53,527 nucleotides of DNA from a virus (Duplodnaviria; Caudoviricetes): positions 1 through 53,527 of the IMG/VR virus record IMGVR_UViG_3300042922_000627; one strand, 5' to 3'. Below the pieces are notes generated by a model. The model ran no database searches. It saw only the letters and a program-made list of their open reading frames with translations, and was not told the origin of the DNA. The position numbers and the translations under genes were made by a program. Positions 9,210 to 19,177 of this stretch are shown one piece after another (the first letter of the stretch is position 1; the number at the start of each line of letters is the position of its first letter).

Positions 9210-12200
9210 ACATACGCCCTCCTCGCCGCATCAATACCCGCACTTTCTAATACATCCAGTATGAAGTCCCGTAAATTGTTATCGTGCTCCTGGAGAACCG
9301 ACTTGATCTCGTTCACATTTTCGCCCTTCACTTCGTACTGCGGGGAGTAGTCAAGCGATATACTCACTGCACCACCGTACTGTGCAGAAATAGCATTTGT
9401 GCCACGTGTCATAGATGCTTCTTCGGCAGTTAACACCCTCTCGCCTTTGTGGAGTTCAGCAATGTAACCGTCAAACGGTACATAATCCAGACCTTCTGCG
9501 TGAGAGCCGTGAACTGCATATGGGTTGCCTCCACCCACATTGATTGTAGGAGCTGTTGAAGTACTTCCGGCCAGTGCTTCCATTGCTGCGTCAGCAAGCT
9601 TCTTGTAAGCTGCCTGTACTTCCGGAGTCATGTTTTTTGCACCGTCGATGAATCCCTGTATGGTATTCTTTCCACTCTGTGCCGCTTCATCACCGAGACT
9701 CATCTTACCTATGGTAGTTTCAAGCTCTTTCTGCAGAACATTCATGGACGTTTGGAAATCAGTCTGCAAATCGGTAAGCTTTGCAGCGACCGTTTCCTGT
9801 TCATCCCGGAGTTTCTGCCAGTTTTTAACCATAGCTGCGAGGTCTTTGTCACTGGCCTTTGCCATACCGGCAATAGCATTAACGCTGCCCGCACTGCCAT
9901 CCGCAAAGCTGGCAAGCATATCAGAGAGACCTTTTATGTCGGCACTTCTATTGGTCAAATTTGCAAGGTTATCATTATATTTCTTCCAGTAGTCAATTTG
10001 ACTTCCCATAGCAGAATTTATCTTACTTGAGCTTGTTGCAACTGACGCTGCAACATTATCCCAAAGAGAATATTGTCCTTCCAGACTATCGAGAGCAACT
10101 TTGTATGCTTCATCGTATTTTTTAGCAAGATCAGATACTTTCTCCGTAATGTTGGTAATAGCTTTCTGGACTTCTCCTCCTTTTCCTGCTACTTCCTCGG
10201 AATACCCGGCCATGGCGCTTGTAATCTCTTCAATTTTCTTTTTATTTTCACTATATTGAGCCTGAGCCTCTTTTTCCGTTTCTGTCGCATCATTTACGGC
10301 ACTTTTCGCTTTATTAACAGCGTCAATATATGGCGCATACGCTCTTCCCAAATCGCTCTTACCAACATCGGTTAATTTAGCTCCTTGCTCCTGGATTTTT
10401 GACAGATCCTCTTGAGCTTTCGATAATTCACGTACTCTAGCAGTAGTTTCTTCTTTACTCTCATTCAATAACTTCTGGAGTTTGATTTCATCTTCTTTGA
10501 ACTTCTTAAGCTGGTCTTTGTTTGCTTTATATTTATCTCTGACAATTTCAGCCTCGATGATTTTCTCGAGGGCGTCAGCCGTCATATTAAGAGAATCCTT
10601 GTACTCATCATAATGTAGCCCAAGCTCTGGCACAGCCTCGTTAAGCATTTCAACAATAGTAAGGATCTCTTGCTTTGCAGCAGCAGTTTTTCCTTCTACC
10701 GACATCAGCTCTTCGAGTTTGTTCATAAGGTTTACATTGCTGAGGGATTCTCCCTCAACTCCCTTGATGGTGTCATCATATGCTTCCATCAATTCCTTAT
10801 GGGTGTTGATGACTGCCTCATGCTCTTCAGCCATTTCTTTGGCGGTCCGCTTATTTTCCTCGTATGCTTTAGTAGCGTCATCTAATTTATGCTTTAAGAC
10901 TTGCGCCTCGTATGAAGTTTCGCCCATAGCATCGCTTACTTCTTTGTACTCGGCTTCCGATTCCTTCATTTGACGATATTGCTCACGTGATGTAGCCGTG
11001 AGTTCGGCAAGCTCTTCCTGTTCTGTTTTTGTGGCTTTTGCCAGCAAAAAACTCCCTGCAGTCAATGCAGCCACAGCCAAAGTTACACCCATGATGACGT
11101 TTATTCCCGGAATTGTTGCAGAGAACAATGCAGTCGCTGCACCAGCAATTTTTACTGCTACGGCATAAGCCGTAATCCCTGCAGCAGCTAAACCGATAAT
11201 TCCTGTAAAAGCCGTAACTGCTTGGACGAGCTCAGGATGCTTCTGGATAAACGATGTTATTCCACTAAGAACTTGATTCCCTACTTCATATGATTCCTTC
11301 AAGACAGGCGTATAATTATCTCCTATCGCTATCTTAAGATTGTCATACTCATTCTGCATCATTTTAAGTTGACTTTCAGTCGTTGCATATCGCTTTTCAG
11401 CTTCTACAGTCAGGGCGGTATTATCTTTCCACGCCGCATTTGCTGTTTTAAGTGAATCGCTAAGCATTCCACCAGAAGAAGCAAGCGCTAGGACAGCATT
11501 TGACATTCTGATTTCAGTTATGCCGAGGTCTTCCAAAGTAGCAACAGCTGATCCTCCATCTGCCTCAATACGTCCAAGCCCATCTATGAATTTCCCGAGT
11601 GCTTCAACCGAATTCTTTCCCCATGCGACAGAAAATTCATCTGCACTCATGCCTGCAACTTTTGCAAAATTTTTGAGCCCAGGTGCGCCGGTCTGAACCA
11701 TTACCTCAAAATCCTTTAGTAATTTAGATATGGCACTGCCACCTGCCTCAGCTTCGATACCGAGGGAGGACAGAGCAGCTGATACAGCCATGATTTCTGG
11801 TTCAGAAAGTCCGATAATTGAACCTGTTGATGCCAGCCTTGTTGCCATTGACACAATTTCAGATTCTGTGGATGCAGATTTATTTCCTAATCCAACAATT
11901 GTAGATCCAAGCCGTTCGTAGTCATCTGCGGACATTTTTGTAATATTCGCAAATTTAGCAAGAGCCGTTGAGGCATCCATTGCACTAAGGTTTGTTGCAA
12001 CACCCAGATTTGCCATTACCTCGCTGAAGTCCAGGAGATGGTCTTGGGCAATGCCAAGCTGTCCGGCTGCTTCTGTGATTTCATTTAGCTCCCCGGTGGC
12101 AACTGGGATGTCTCCTGAGAGGTCCTTTATACCTTGAGCCAGCTCCGCAAGCTCCCGTTTTGTCAAATCTGTGGTTTTATCAACCCCGGTAATACCAGAT

Positions 12201-12805
12201 TCAAACTTTATTGATGCATCAGCAGTGCTCATAAAGCCATCATATATCTCTTTAAGAGCGACAGTAATTCCGGCTGCAGCTATAGCCTGATTTATTTCCA
12301 TAAAAGCTGCAGAAGCTTTAGAACCAAAACTACTGGCTTTTTCCGCAACCTCAACCTGTTTCTGTTTAAGTACATCCATTTGGTTGCCGAGCTTTGCATT
12401 TTCTTCTGTAAGAGCATCCGTATTTATACCGGCCGCATGGAGTGCATTTTTCATTTGCCCAAGTTTTTCAGTTTGAGCCTGAATGGAAACATTGGTTTTG
12501 TCTATCTGCTGCTGCTTTGCAAGCAGCTTGTTTGCGAGCGTAGACGAATACTCACCCGTTTCCGAAATTTCCTTCTGGATGTTGTCATATTGTTGCTGCA
12601 GGACTTCAAGTTTCTTCTTTGTACCCTCAATCGCTGACTGCTGTTTCTCATATGCTGTAATCTTAGACTGTACTTTATTAAAAGCATCAATTTCTTTCTG
12701 CATGGAGGCTATCTGGCTCTGCGCTGCCTTGAAAGTACTGTTATAGCCACCATCGAGCTGGGCATTTAATTGGAAGAGCATCTCATATTCTCGAAGTGAT
12801 GCCAT
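9206..12805 (-). CDS. Tape measure protein (TP901-type core), 1199 aa
   Basis: FESGITGVDKT, AAGQLGI, GIEAEAGGSA motifs; coiled-coil; C-terminal HAEGLDYVPFDGYIAELHKGERVLT. Confidence 0.93.
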   Translation of the reverse strand: MASLREYEMLFQLNAQLDGGYNSTFKAAQSQIASMQKEIDAFNKVQSKITAYEKQQSAIEGTKKKLEVLQQQYDNIQKEISETGEYSSTLANKLLAKQQQIDKTNVSIQAQTEKLGQMKNALHAAGINTDALTEENAKLGNQMDVLKQKQVEVAEKASSFGSKASAAFMEINQAIAAAGITVALKEIYDGFMSTADASIKFESGITGVDKTTDLTKRELAELAQGIKDLSGDIPVATGELNEITEAAGQLGIAQDHLLDFSEVMANLGVATNLSAMDASTALAKFANITKMSADDYERLGSTIVGLGNKSASTESEIVSMATRLASTGSIIGLSEPEIMAVSAALSSLGIEAEAGGSAISKLLKDFEVMVQTGAPGLKNFAKVAGMSADEFSVAWGKNSVEALGKFIDGLGRIEADGGSAVATLEDLGITEIRMSNAVLALASSGGMLSDSLKTANAAWKDNTALTVEAEKRYATTESQLKMMQNEYDNLKIAIGDNYTPVLKESYEVGNQVLSGITSFIQKHPELVQAVTAFTGIIGLAAAGITAYAVAVKIAGAATALFSATIPGINVIMGVTLAVAALTAGSFLLAKATKTEQEELAELTATSREQYRQMKESEAEYKEVSDAMGETSYEAQVLKHKLDDATKAYEENKRTAKEMAEEHEAVINTHKELMEAYDDTIKGVEGESLSNVNLMNKLEELMSVEGKTAAAKQEILTIVEMLNEAVPELGLHYDEYKDSLNMTADALEKIIEAEIVRDKYKANKDQLKKFKEDEIKLQKLLNESKEETTARVRELSKAQEDLSKIQEQGAKLTDVGKSDLGRAYAPYIDAVNKAKSAVNDATETEKEAQAQYSENKKKIEEITSAMAGYSEEVAGKGGEVQKAITNITEKVSDLAKKYDEAYKVALDSLEGQYSLWDNVAASVATSSSKINSAMGSQIDYWKKYNDNLANLTNRSADIKGLSDMLASFADGSAGSVNAIAGMAKASDKDLAAMVKNWQKLRDEQETVAAKLTDLQTDFQTSMNVLQKELETTIGKMSLGDEAAQSGKNTIQGFIDGAKNMTPEVQAAYKKLADAAMEALAGSTSTAPTINVGGGNPYAVHGSHAEGLDYVPFDGYIAELHKGERVLTAEEASMTRGTNAISAQYGGAVSISLDYSPQYEVKGENVNEIKSVLQEHDNNLRDFILDVLESAGIDAARRAYV

Positions 12806-12818
12806 AAGAAGCCTCCTA

Positions 12819-13013
12819 TCATTTTTTGTTTTTACGTGACGACTTTATTTCTTCAATAATCTGGTTGCTATCCCGGATCCATTTTAGGAATTCCACAATT
12901 GGGAGTGATAACCAGAATGATACCGGCGTATTGTTAGTCTGCGCCATTATAAGGCATTGCCTTCGGAGCCATTTGCCCCCGTCTCCTACTACAGCTCCGA
13001 TTTCAGTAAAAAA
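12819..13013 (-). CDS. -1 frameshift extension of the tail assembly chaperone (gpE'/gpGT-like)
   Basis: Slippery T TTT TTA at 13013-13007; -1 frame open to TGA at 12819, just before the tape-measure RBS. Confidence 0.8.
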   Translation of the reverse strand, partial: FFTEIGAVVGDGGKWLRRQCLIMAQTNNTPVSFWLSLPIVEFLKWIRDSNQIIEEIKSSRKNKK

Positions 13014-13363
13014 GAACGTGAAGCGCTCCTTATTTTGTTATAGTCCGCAATTGGCATTCTCTTAAAAAAGTCTGCACCTATAGGATCAGTACAAGCTCTT
13101 GCACACATGCGTACAAGGTACTCACCTGAAAAGGTAGGAACAATAACTGGCTTGCCAAGCTGTTGCAACTCATTTTCAATTGCAAGAGCGTCATCCCCGG
13201 TGAGCTTGTCCCAATCAAATGTCACCTGAGTAAAGGTTTTGTCTTCATATTCATATGGCTTGCGAAACAAGTGTGTATAAGAATTTCCGCTATCAGCTGC
13301 CTCTTTTTGGGCTGCAGATAATTCCTTTGTGTCGATAACTCCAGTATTTTTCAAATCGGTCAT
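12989..13363 (-). CDS. Tail assembly chaperone
   Basis: Between tube and tape measure; FDWDKLTGDD...MPIADYNKI; start at 13363 after GAGAGGAG. Confidence 0.85.
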   Translation of the reverse strand: MTDLKNTGVIDTKELSAAQKEAADSGNSYTHLFRKPYEYEDKTFTQVTFDWDKLTGDDALAIENELQQLGKPVIVPTFSGEYLVRMCARACTDPIGADFFKRMPIADYNKIRSASRSFLLKSEL

Positions 13364-13396
13364 GATAAAATCTCCTCTCACTTATATGCAAATATT

Positions 13397-13419
13397 CCCG
13401 GGGCGAAATACACCCCGGG
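13397..13419. terminator. GC-rich hairpin between tube and chaperone genes
   Basis: CCCGGGG-9 nt-CCCCGGG; T run on the plus side only. Confidence 0.5.
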
Positions 13420-13428
13420 TTATTTTTA

Positions 13429-13944
13429 TTATTTACCGAGCGCTTTTCTTACATCTGCAAGGTAGTCCCTGCCATTTACAAAGTGTATGTGGTTAAAGGG
13501 ATCGATTTCTCTCATTCGAACGCCATCGATATAAAACGCCCAGTAACGCACGGCAAATTCCACAGTTGGGGTACCGATACTTGCAGGTGCCAGGGAACCG
13601 CCTGAATATTTCGTTGGAATTCCCACCATTACATGCTTATGGCTCTGAAAGGCAATAGTACCGGATGAGGTGTCCTCAATCTGCACAGAGGCCAGAAGAC
13701 TTATCTTATGTAATCTCGGTTCAGATAGTGCAATGGAATTTTCATTCATTGTACGGAATTCAAGTGTCATCTTCATCACATCAATGTAACCAGCAATTAC
13801 AGCCTCCATGTTTCCGGCTACCCCTACCCCAGTAAAGCCCTGTGTTAAGTAAGTTATATCCGGTAGTGCTACCTTTGCTGTCCCCGAATATTCCACACTG
13901 TCCTCATAAACTGCGTATGCGATAATGCTCTCATCAACATTCAT
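13429..13944 (-). CDS. Major tail tube protein (P2 FII-like)
   Basis: Follows sheath; VALPDI...GVAG...EIDPFN...VNGRDYLADVRKALG. Confidence 0.92.
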   Translation of the reverse strand: MNVDESIIAYAVYEDSVEYSGTAKVALPDITYLTQGFTGVGVAGNMEAVIAGYIDVMKMTLEFRTMNENSIALSEPRLHKISLLASVQIEDTSSGTIAFQSHKHVMVGIPTKYSGGSLAPASIGTPTVEFAVRYWAFYIDGVRMREIDPFNHIHFVNGRDYLADVRKALGK

Positions 13945-13961
13945 ATTTCATATCTCCCTTC

Positions 13962-15389
13962 TTACGAACTGAGTGCCGCTGTTACATAGTCAGCGTCATA
14001 CTCAAGAACAAAATCAATTTCCTGTGCCGGACTGGGCGGAGTTATATAGAGATGGATCTTAATAATACCAGCCATCAGACTTGTGAGTGGATTTTCGTTT
14101 TCCCTGAATTCTGCACGAGCACCGAGCAGATAGCCCGAACCTACAAGACCATTAAGCCAGATGTTGCAAGTGTCCAAAATGGAATCAATTAGCCTACGGT
14201 TCATAGGTTTGTCCAACTTACTCCAGAAAGTCGTTATCAGGGTATTTCCTACCCAATCAAACATCCTTGACACGGGGATAAGATAATCCTTTACATCGAT
14301 GCTGGAAGGATAGCAAGCGGTATAATTACCCCATGCTACAAATCCTCCCATAAAATTGAGGGAGGTCATAATACCGGCAGCATTCAGTATGTTTGCCTGT
14401 GCTAATGTCAGTTTTACTTCTTTTCCAGATTCAGTCACCAAAGAATCGCACTGCATTTTTTTATTTGATGGACTTTCATATGGGCTTCCTCCGTTGCCGA
14501 TGTCTACCTGAGCTATCAGTCCCGCAAGTTGTGTTGAAAAGTGAAACACACGATTACCCAGTTTAAGTAATGGCCAGCATACAATTTGGTCCTCATCTGT
14601 GAAATTATTTTGTGCTTTGCTTGCTGCCACCTTGCTATACTCGTCAGCACCTCCCACTGCAGCTGTGCTAATGTCAATGAGCGCCTTAGCTTTAAACATT
14701 CCATTTATCCCTGCTGCTTTTGTTGCCATGACTGCTGCAACTTCGGAATTCATAGAATAACCCGGTGCACAAATCAGATCCGGCACAATGCCGACCACAG
14801 TCAGACACTTTTCGATGTTCTCCAAACCGGTTGCAACAGCAGTATTATCCACCGAAGCAGGAATAACGGCATTGTATGCAACATTGATTGTATTTTCGGT
14901 ATAATGGCTACTATTTGACAGTAACTCTATTACGAGATTTTCTCCGTCATAATAAGTGCTGTAATCAGTATCCTTTTCGTAGGCACCACCTGTTCCTCCT
15001 GCTGCTTTTATCACCAACGCAGAGTCGTTGATTGCCTCAGTAGGCAGTTTCACCTTGTGATTTATCACCTGCTTGTCTGCTGCCACTACAGCGGATTTCA
15101 TTGTCGAAGTTGCGAGCATATTCACAAAAATAACTGGCTGGCAGCCATAAAGCTTAAAATGCGAATACATAAACTCACAAAGATTGTAGTTACTCCAGTT
15201 ATCAGAGTATCCGAGTTTCTCAACAGCTTCTTCAAAGCTTGTACAAAGCACAGGATCTCCGACCGCAGCTGGGGATTCTACCCGCTGTACCGGAGCTGTA
15301 CCTATAACGAACGGTATACCGACTTTTGCCGTTATAGGGGTACCCACACTTGTTGCCTGCTCGGATACATAAACTCCATGATTAGGCAT
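13962..15389 (-). CDS. Tail sheath protein
   Basis: HGVYVSE...IGTAPV...PYESPSNK...WGN...TPPSPAQEIDF. Confidence 0.95.
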   Translation of the reverse strand: MPNHGVYVSEQATSVGTPITAKVGIPFVIGTAPVQRVESPAAVGDPVLCTSFEEAVEKLGYSDNWSNYNLCEFMYSHFKLYGCQPVIFVNMLATSTMKSAVVAADKQVINHKVKLPTEAINDSALVIKAAGGTGGAYEKDTDYSTYYDGENLVIELLSNSSHYTENTINVAYNAVIPASVDNTAVATGLENIEKCLTVVGIVPDLICAPGYSMNSEVAAVMATKAAGINGMFKAKALIDISTAAVGGADEYSKVAASKAQNNFTDEDQIVCWPLLKLGNRVFHFSTQLAGLIAQVDIGNGGSPYESPSNKKMQCDSLVTESGKEVKLTLAQANILNAAGIMTSLNFMGGFVAWGNYTACYPSSIDVKDYLIPVSRMFDWVGNTLITTFWSKLDKPMNRRLIDSILDTCNIWLNGLVGSGYLLGARAEFRENENPLTSLMAGIIKIHLYITPPSPAQEIDFVLEYDADYVTAALSS

Positions 15390-15403
15390 TTTTCATTTCC
15401 TCC

Positions 15404-15769
15404 TTATTTTGATTTCAGACTGGCTACCAGCTTATTGTAGTTGACATTAAGCAAGTTACCAGCTGTTTTGACTTTTATGCGGTCCTCCGCAAGTGTTCCT
15501 CCTGGAACAATAAGTGTTGCAATCAGCGGATACACATGAACAGCATCAGGAAGAGATGCAACCGCCTCTTCCTTCGTTCCGCTGAAAACCATTCCTGACT
15601 GAATCACTCCACGAACACTCGGACCAATATAAACACAAAAACTGCCGACATTGTCAGCAGTTTTTTCAGACTTTGAACCTATATTCTTTTCATCAGTCAC
15701 TGGTTCTGGGATCTGAACTTCCTCTATAACTTCATCAGTCTCAGAGGATCGATTCTTTTTTACAACCAT
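15404..15769 (-). CDS. Hypothetical virion morphogenesis protein
   Basis: Coupled ORF before sheath; VYIGPS motif. Confidence 0.7.
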   Translation of the reverse strand: MVVKKNRSSETDEVIEEVQIPEPVTDEKNIGSKSEKTADNVGSFCVYIGPSVRGVIQSGMVFSGTKEEAVASLPDAVHVYPLIATLIVPGGTLAEDRIKVKTAGNLLNVNYNKLVASLKSK

Positions 15770-16251
15770 TTAAAGGCCTCCATTCTGACAACAGGTATTT
15801 TCCATGTGGAGATCATCTCACCGCAGTAGTATGGGGCAGTGTCATCAGGATATACCAACGATTCCAGCCCTGCCTCAAGGTCAAGCTGAAATTGCTTCCC
15901 GATGACCACCTGCTTTAACAGCTCTATGCGCAACCGCTCCATTAAGTTTATGAGCATAAGAGCTCCTTCTTCTTCGTTGTCGTTAAATACACAGAATATT
16001 GAACGTATGATTGCCGAGGCAGATATGTTCTGTCCTTGAGGTTGAATATCCTTTCCGGTAATCAGTTGATGAATGATGTATGGAGCTTTTTTTTGTGCCG
16101 AATTGCTATCTTTAAGGCGCATAAGGTAAACATCAGCATTACGGTATGTTTGCTCAATGTCACCTTTTTGTAGTTTAACCGGCATTATAATATCGCCAGT
16201 TGATTCTTTTGTGAAAAGTTTAAATTGTTCTAGCAATGTAATCCGATTCAC
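15760..16251 (-). CDS. Putative tail terminator/completion protein
   Basis: Position between gpZ-like gene and sheath; overlapping stop/start. Confidence 0.65.
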   Translation of the reverse strand: MNRITLLEQFKLFTKESTGDIIMPVKLQKGDIEQTYRNADVYLMRLKDSNSAQKKAPYIIHQLITGKDIQPQGQNISASAIIRSIFCVFNDNEEEGALMLINLMERLRIELLKQVVIGKQFQLDLEAGLESLVYPDDTAPYYCGEMISTWKIPVVRMEAFKWL

Positions 16252-16829
16252 TTTCTACCGCCTCCAATTCCTGCCAATACCCTTGTAATTTCATGCTCAA
16301 TACGTTTTTCATAAGTTTCGCGGATTGTTTCATCCATCATTTTAATAACTTCGTCATTCTGCATCATATGAGCTGCACTGGGTCCAAACTTTTGCTCGAC
16401 TGGGAATCTTGATGTCCCAACACGCTCAAATATGCTTATTGGCCCAAAAATCTTAGCTGCAAAAGCATGTTTAAGCACCGTGGCAGCACCGCCTTTTTTG
16501 ACCTGCGTTTGCACTTCACCACCTCGCGAAAATTTAGTATTGAACGTTAAAAGAGGTATGACATTGCCTGAATAACTAATAGACATTGAAACAACACCAC
16601 CATCTTCACTTGCAATATGCGATTTTATTTTTACTTTTCGCATAAAATCATTTTTATTAATAGCATACTGGCTGGCTGCAAACTCACCAGCCCTTGTTTT
16701 TGCCGTTTCTCCTGCACGTTTCATTGCAGCGGATGTGACTTTCCATATGCCGCCCTGTACTCCGGCCAGGATTTTATTTATCCGGTCAAGGCTGTTGGCG
16801 CCAACCTGATTAACACGAATGTAATTCAC
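16248..16829 (-). CDS. Lambda gpZ-like minor tail protein
   Basis: HAF...IFERVG..RFPV...GPS..M...EHEI pattern. Confidence 0.82.
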   Translation of the reverse strand: MNYIRVNQVGANSLDRINKILAGVQGGIWKVTSAAMKRAGETAKTRAGEFAASQYAINKNDFMRKVKIKSHIASEDGGVVSMSISYSGNVIPLLTFNTKFSRGGEVQTQVKKGGAATVLKHAFAAKIFGPISIFERVGTSRFPVEQKFGPSAAHMMQNDEVIKMMDETIRETYEKRIEHEITRVLAGIGGGRK

Positions 16830-17197
16830 TCGTCAATCGCCTCCAATTCTACCCGTAGCATACCGACTTCGCAGACTGAAGCTGCCACATGGTACTCTCG
16901 GAAAAAGTCCCCGTCATTTATCTTTATCCTTGTGCCTTTTTCCGGCACCACACCGCCAAGGTCGGAGGCAGCGCAATGCATGATAGTGGTCACAAGGTAT
17001 AACCCTTCTACATGGTCGGCCTGGAGCTGACGCCGGTCCTTCTCTTTCAAGCCAGACAATGTGATGGAAATACCTTGATGTTCTTCTCCATCGTATGTCA
17101 TACCATCATAGATTACCGTGTGCAGCTCCGCAAACTCTTCAGTGTTCATAAACACATTCTTGTTGTCTGCTTCGACCATATCTTTAAAACTGCTCAT
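16826..17197 (-). CDS. Head-tail joining protein (gpFII-like)
   Basis: SFKDMVEADNKNVFMNTEEFAELH; position after capsid. Confidence 0.72.
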   Translation of the reverse strand: MSSFKDMVEADNKNVFMNTEEFAELHTVIYDGMTYDGEEHQGISITLSGLKEKDRRQLQADHVEGLYLVTTIMHCAASDLGGVVPEKGTRIKINDGDFFREYHVAASVCEVGMLRVELEAIDE

Positions 17198-17658
17198 AAA
17201 ACTGGATTCTCAGCGGAAAGAGAAGGCGGATCCTCGTCATCGATGACGTCATCATCGGTTTTCTCTTCCTCGTTGTCAAAGAATTCATCCAGGGCAGCTA
17301 CTATATCGTCCTTCGTCATCCCGACCTTGAAAGACAGCCCATATTTTTTCATTAGTTCCTTAAGTTCGTCAGCTTTCATTTCGGAGCTATAGAACGGTTT
17401 TTCACCCGCATTTCCATCCGGAGTATTTTTACCTGTACCTGTTACATTCTCTTCTTTATCAGGAGTTGCAACAGGCGTAGCGGCCTCTTCTATCACATCA
17501 ATATCTAAACAATAAATAGCGACACCTATATCAACTAAGCGTATTGCTTCTATATCATCGACTTCAAAAGGTGGACTTCCGACGTCTTTTGGGTCAATGT
17601 GTTTTGATCCTAGAGTCTTGTGGCCGTACGTACCATTAACAATTTTTATAAGCTGCAT
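17194..17658 (-). CDS. Hypothetical head-associated protein with HeH/LEM-like helices
   Basis: MKADELKELMKKYGLSF...TKDDIVAAL; position of lambda FI. Confidence 0.6.
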   Translation of the reverse strand: MQLIKIVNGTYGHKTLGSKHIDPKDVGSPPFEVDDIEAIRLVDIGVAIYCLDIDVIEEAATPVATPDKEENVTGTGKNTPDGNAGEKPFYSSEMKADELKELMKKYGLSFKVGMTKDDIVAALDEFFDNEEEKTDDDVIDDEDPPSLSAENPVL

Positions 17659-17684
17659 TTGCTTACTCCTTTCCGGTCAACGAC

Positions 17685-18758
17685 CTATTTCACGACATTT
17701 GCCGCATACATCCATGGGGACTTCTGCAAAGGTGCCGCGAGCGGACGAGAACCAAGTCTTAGCTTCCGGATATCATGGTCACGGTCAACAACAAATTTTG
17801 GAACACGCTGCAGCGCGAATGTGTGGTATTGTTCATCCGGCTCAATCTGGCTTATCTGTGCATACATCATATGTCCACATCCAGGGGATGTTACCATTGC
17901 GGATTTGGCAGGAAAGAATCTTTGTGTTGTTCCGGAATCGTCTACATATGTTTCACGGACAGAGAAGATGTCCAGTTCGAATCCGGAGAAGTTCAACCTG
18001 CCGAGCCATGAAACGCCGGGAGTAGTGATTTTCGGTGCAAGATTGCCAAATTCAGCTCTCCTGTTGTCGAGTCTTTTCTGTATTCCTGCATCGGACAGTA
18101 TAAAGTTTGCGGCTGTTGAACCGAGAATGAGGTCGGCAACGGCTAGACCTCTGTCTGCTAATGCTCCACACATAGCTTCGACATCACTCCAGAAGTTACC
18201 GTTGGTATCATCCCACTCGTCGCTGACGGTGTAGATAGCAGGATTACCTCCTGATGTGTCGTAATAGAACACATCATATGTCTGTCCAACGGTCTTATTG
18301 TCTATATATGCCGTCATTGTGCAGCCGTTGTTGATCATTGTCTGGACTGCCATCCATTCCTCTCTGCGAGTAATGCGCCTATCAAGATCAGACAAATCAC
18401 GTATATGCAAAGCCCTTGCGCGTTCAGCCTGCGAAGACCCCGAAAACAATGCCTCACCAAAGCCGCGCTTCTGTAAGTCATCCAGTGTAAGCAAGCGGGA
18501 GGGAAGAATACTAGGTGGCTCAAACTCGTCAACCTCGTAACCACCACGGCCTACAGGAATATCACCAGCACGTGGTACTACAAATGGAGCAAGCCTGCGG
18601 TCACCGTCCTGATATTCTACCAATACCTTATTGGCAGCAAAAATGTCGCCGGTGCCAGTCGGAAAATATCGGTCACGGAAAAAAGTCATTTGCGGAACAA
18701 TTTCCTGCACCATACCAGCCATATAGTAGGTGTCGAATAAATCAATGTTGTTTGGCAT
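17685..18758 (-). CDS. Major capsid protein (lambda gpE family)
   Basis: TFFRDRYF, RRLAPFV, RITRREEWMAVQ, SRPL motifs. Confidence 0.95.
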   Translation of the reverse strand: MPNNIDLFDTYYMAGMVQEIVPQMTFFRDRYFPTGTGDIFAANKVLVEYQDGDRRLAPFVVPRAGDIPVGRGGYEVDEFEPPSILPSRLLTLDDLQKRGFGEALFSGSSQAERARALHIRDLSDLDRRITRREEWMAVQTMINNGCTMTAYIDNKTVGQTYDVFYYDTSGGNPAIYTVSDEWDDTNGNFWSDVEAMCGALADRGLAVADLILGSTAANFILSDAGIQKRLDNRRAEFGNLAPKITTPGVSWLGRLNFSGFELDIFSVRETYVDDSGTTQRFFPAKSAMVTSPGCGHMMYAQISQIEPDEQYHTFALQRVPKFVVDRDHDIRKLRLGSRPLAAPLQKSPWMYAANVVK

Positions 18759-18776
18759 TTCTATATACCTCCTTAT

Positions 18777-19175
18777 TTAAGATAACACCGTACCGAGATA
18801 GATGCCGCGTTCACGCAGCTTGTCTTTGTCTGCCTCGGATAAGGTGTAACCATCTTTTACGGTCAGTGCATCGATATTGAAGCACCCTCCTGTGAATACA
18901 GCTGCATTTACTGCTGCAGTGGTTCCTATCTCGGTGTCATCGCAAAGGATACTGTCAGGAGTAAGCGTCTCATTTGTTATTGCTGTAGTACCGAGAATAA
19001 CGAGCTTTCCATCTCCAGCGGAGCCAGAGGATTTTGCAAATACCGTGCCGCGCGGAAATGTTGCAGTTGCGCCAAGTTGTCTGATGACGCCAGAGTTGAC
19101 ATGAACCGCAGGTGATACGCCGGCAAGCAATTTGTCATACGCTACTTTTCCGACTTTTCTGTTCAAATGTTTCAT
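18777..19175 (-). CDS. Head decoration protein (gpD-like)
   Basis: RGTV...ILCDD...GCFN...LRERGIYL; between protease and capsid. Confidence 0.85.
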   Translation of the reverse strand: MKHLNRKVGKVAYDKLLAGVSPAVHVNSGVIRQLGATATFPRGTVFAKSSGSAGDGKLVILGTTAITNETLTPDSILCDDTEIGTTAAVNAAVFTGGCFNIDALTVKDGYTLSEADKDKLRERGIYLGTVLS

Positions 19176-19177
19176 TT

